Shown here one piece after another: positions 30,649 through 32,000 of a stretch of 32,000 bases of DNA. The stretch is from Sulfolobus acidocaldarius DSM 639. GTDB lineage: Archaea > Thermoproteota > Thermoprotei_A > Sulfolobales > Sulfolobaceae. The number at the start of each line of letters is the position of its first letter. Position 1 is the first letter of the stretch. Made by a program: the position numbers and the translations under genes. The stretch spans positions 90,001-122,000 of the forward strand of contig NC_007181.1 in assembly GCF_000012285.1 (NCBI RefSeq), read 5' to 3'. The notes under the pieces are model-generated. The model saw only the letters and a list, made by a program, of their open reading frames with translations, was not told the DNA's origin and searched no databases.

Positions 30649-30773
30649 AGGAAGCCAGATTCCTAGGAAGAAATTTATAATTTTCAGCAGTAGCCATCTT
30701 TAACACTTGCCTTTTCATCTAATTTATGCAATAGGTAACTCATTTATAGTAAATTTACCAAGAGATACTTGTT

Positions 30774-31208
30774 ATGGAGAAAACAGGTTTTGAAAATTTA
30801 ACGAAGAAATTGGATGAGATAAGCGAGGCAGGTCTTAGTTTTAATGAAGCTGAGTTAATAAGATTCCTTAGATCTGAGGTTAAGAAGCAGAAGGGTTTGT
30901 TAGATTCCTTTAACGAGGCATTAGATTCCCAGAGATGGGAAGAAGCTCTATCGTCGTTTTTGTTGTTTACGCAGAGAGTTAATGTGGTATTCATTTATCT
31001 GTTTCAGCCTACCCACATCTCGTTATTAACAGGAAGTAAAATATCCTCATTACTTGAGGAGTATCTCTCAGCAACATCACTTTCAATATCTATGTCCCTT
31101 CTGAAATTAAGACCACATCTCAAGAAAATTGGAGTTGAAAGCATAACGACCTCAATTTTGTCAAACCCACCATCTCTTAACTTCAGTATGGTGATAAAGG
31201 GTGAGTAA
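30774..31208 (+). CDS. hypothetical alpha-helical protein, probable operon partner of the PGI/PMI gene
   Basis: 144-aa ORF overlapping the downstream GTG start by 8 bp. Confidence 0.7.
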   Translation: MEKTGFENLTKKLDEISEAGLSFNEAELIRFLRSEVKKQKGLLDSFNEALDSQRWEEALSSFLLFTQRVNVVFIYLFQPTHISLLTGSKISSLLEEYLSATSLSISMSLLKLRPHLKKIGVESITTSILSNPPSLNFSMVIKGE

Positions 31209-32000
31209 TGTTTACGAGAGGTGGAAAGAGTTTTATGAAGACGCAATTTCCCGTGATATACCCGGCGTTAAAACCGCTGAAAAAATAGCTTATTTTGGTA
31301 TTGGCGGAAGCGGAATACCAGGTGAAGTCCTAAAACTCCTAGACTTACCTGTGGAGTATAAGCTGTTCAGGAGTTACAAGGTAAACGTTGATTCAAAAAC
31401 TACAGTTGTAGCGGTAAGTTATTCTGGTAACACTGCAGAGACACTTGCTGGGGTAAAGAGGGCTCAAGAATTAGGTGTAAAGGAGATAATAGTCATTACC
31501 TCTGGAGGTAAACTTAAGGAGATAGCTGAAAGTAAAGGATATCCTTTATTAAGCTTACCCCAAGGCTATCAGACACGATTTATTTTTCCGTATATTTTCA
31601 CATATCTTGTTAGAATCCTTAACCAGAGTACAGGATCTAACTATAGAGTACAAGATTTAGTTGATGGAATACAGGACAATTTCACCATGTTGTCAGAGGT
31701 AAGTACACGAATAGCCAATAGGATCACTGGAAAGGTTCCTATATTTTATGCTTCAGATTTACTCCCTATTGCTGAAAGATTTAAACAGGAAGTAAATGAG
31801 AATGCTAAGTATCCAGCCTTTTTCTCTCAGTTACCTGAGGCTAACCATAACGAGATAGAACTTTACTCGTCACAACAGGGAAATCAGTTTATACCAATTG
31901 TTATTCCCTCTGATAAGATAGACGAGGCTACAGCTTCTCTAATAAATGCAGAGTTAATTTATCCACCTTATAAGAGTATACTGAAGAACATATCCGGCAT
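31201..32000 (+). CDS. bifunctional phosphoglucose/phosphomannose isomerase, 3'-truncated by the window
   Basis: Absent from the ORF track because it runs off the edge. Translating from GTG 31201 gives VSNVYERWKEFYEDAISRDIPGVKTAEKIAYFGIGGSGIPGEVLKLL...VVAVSYSGNTAET...SQLPEANHNEIE, matching SIS-domain PGI/PMI motifs. Confidence 0.9.
   Translation, partial: MSNVYERWKEFYEDAISRDIPGVKTAEKIAYFGIGGSGIPGEVLKLLDLPVEYKLFRSYKVNVDSKTTVVAVSYSGNTAETLAGVKRAQELGVKEIIVITSGGKLKEIAESKGYPLLSLPQGYQTRFIFPYIFTYLVRILNQSTGSNYRVQDLVDGIQDNFTMLSEVSTRIANRITGKVPIFYASDLLPIAERFKQEVNENAKYPAFFSQLPEANHNEIELYSSQQGNQFIPIVIPSDKIDEATASLINAELIYPPYKSILKNISG

Noticed and set aside
30755-31246. two minus-strand ORFs (79 and 80 aa) opposite the 144-aa hypothetical
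   Set aside because: The plus-strand ORF is longer and linked by overlap to the clearly real PGI/PMI gene.

Overview
This AT-rich, gene-dense window looks like crenarchaeal (Sulfolobales-like) chromosome: TTG/GTG starts, leaderless promoter spacing, a PibD-like prepilin peptidase, DUF973, TmcA and a C/D box sRNA. Most of it is housekeeping or metabolic genes: Nudix hydrolase, class II fumarase, MBL hydrolase, GT2 glycosyltransferase, MMPL/RND transporter, tRNA(Met) cytidine acetyltransferase, SpoIIM-like protein, exonuclease III, TusA, DUF1641-like repeat protein, wHTH regulator, epimerase, aldo/keto reductase, FAD disulfide oxidoreductase, ThiC, GTPase-less EF-Tu/SelB-like protein, PibD, DUF973, creatininase-like amidase, MFS transporter, thioesterase, a HerA-like/NurA-like pair, CoA-disulfide-reductase-like enzyme and a 3'-truncated PGI/PMI. 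The items most worth a second look are: (1) a HerA-like ATPase overlapping a NurA-domain gene, followed directly by a small uncharacterised ORF, with no mre11/rad50 visible; (2) an ArsB/NhaD-type permease split in two frames at an A8 run, which could be programmed slippage, a lesion or a sequence error; (3) a complete C/D box sRNA with terminal stem between the MMPL and tmcA genes, overlapping the called tmcA start; (4) two isolated GC-rich hairpins resembling IS200/IS605 (TnpB) right ends, one abutting the pibD start codon; (5) an EF-Tu/SelB domain-2-like protein with no G motifs; (6) an internally duplicated DUF1641-like protein next to tusA. No CRISPR array, rRNA or tRNA gene was recognised.
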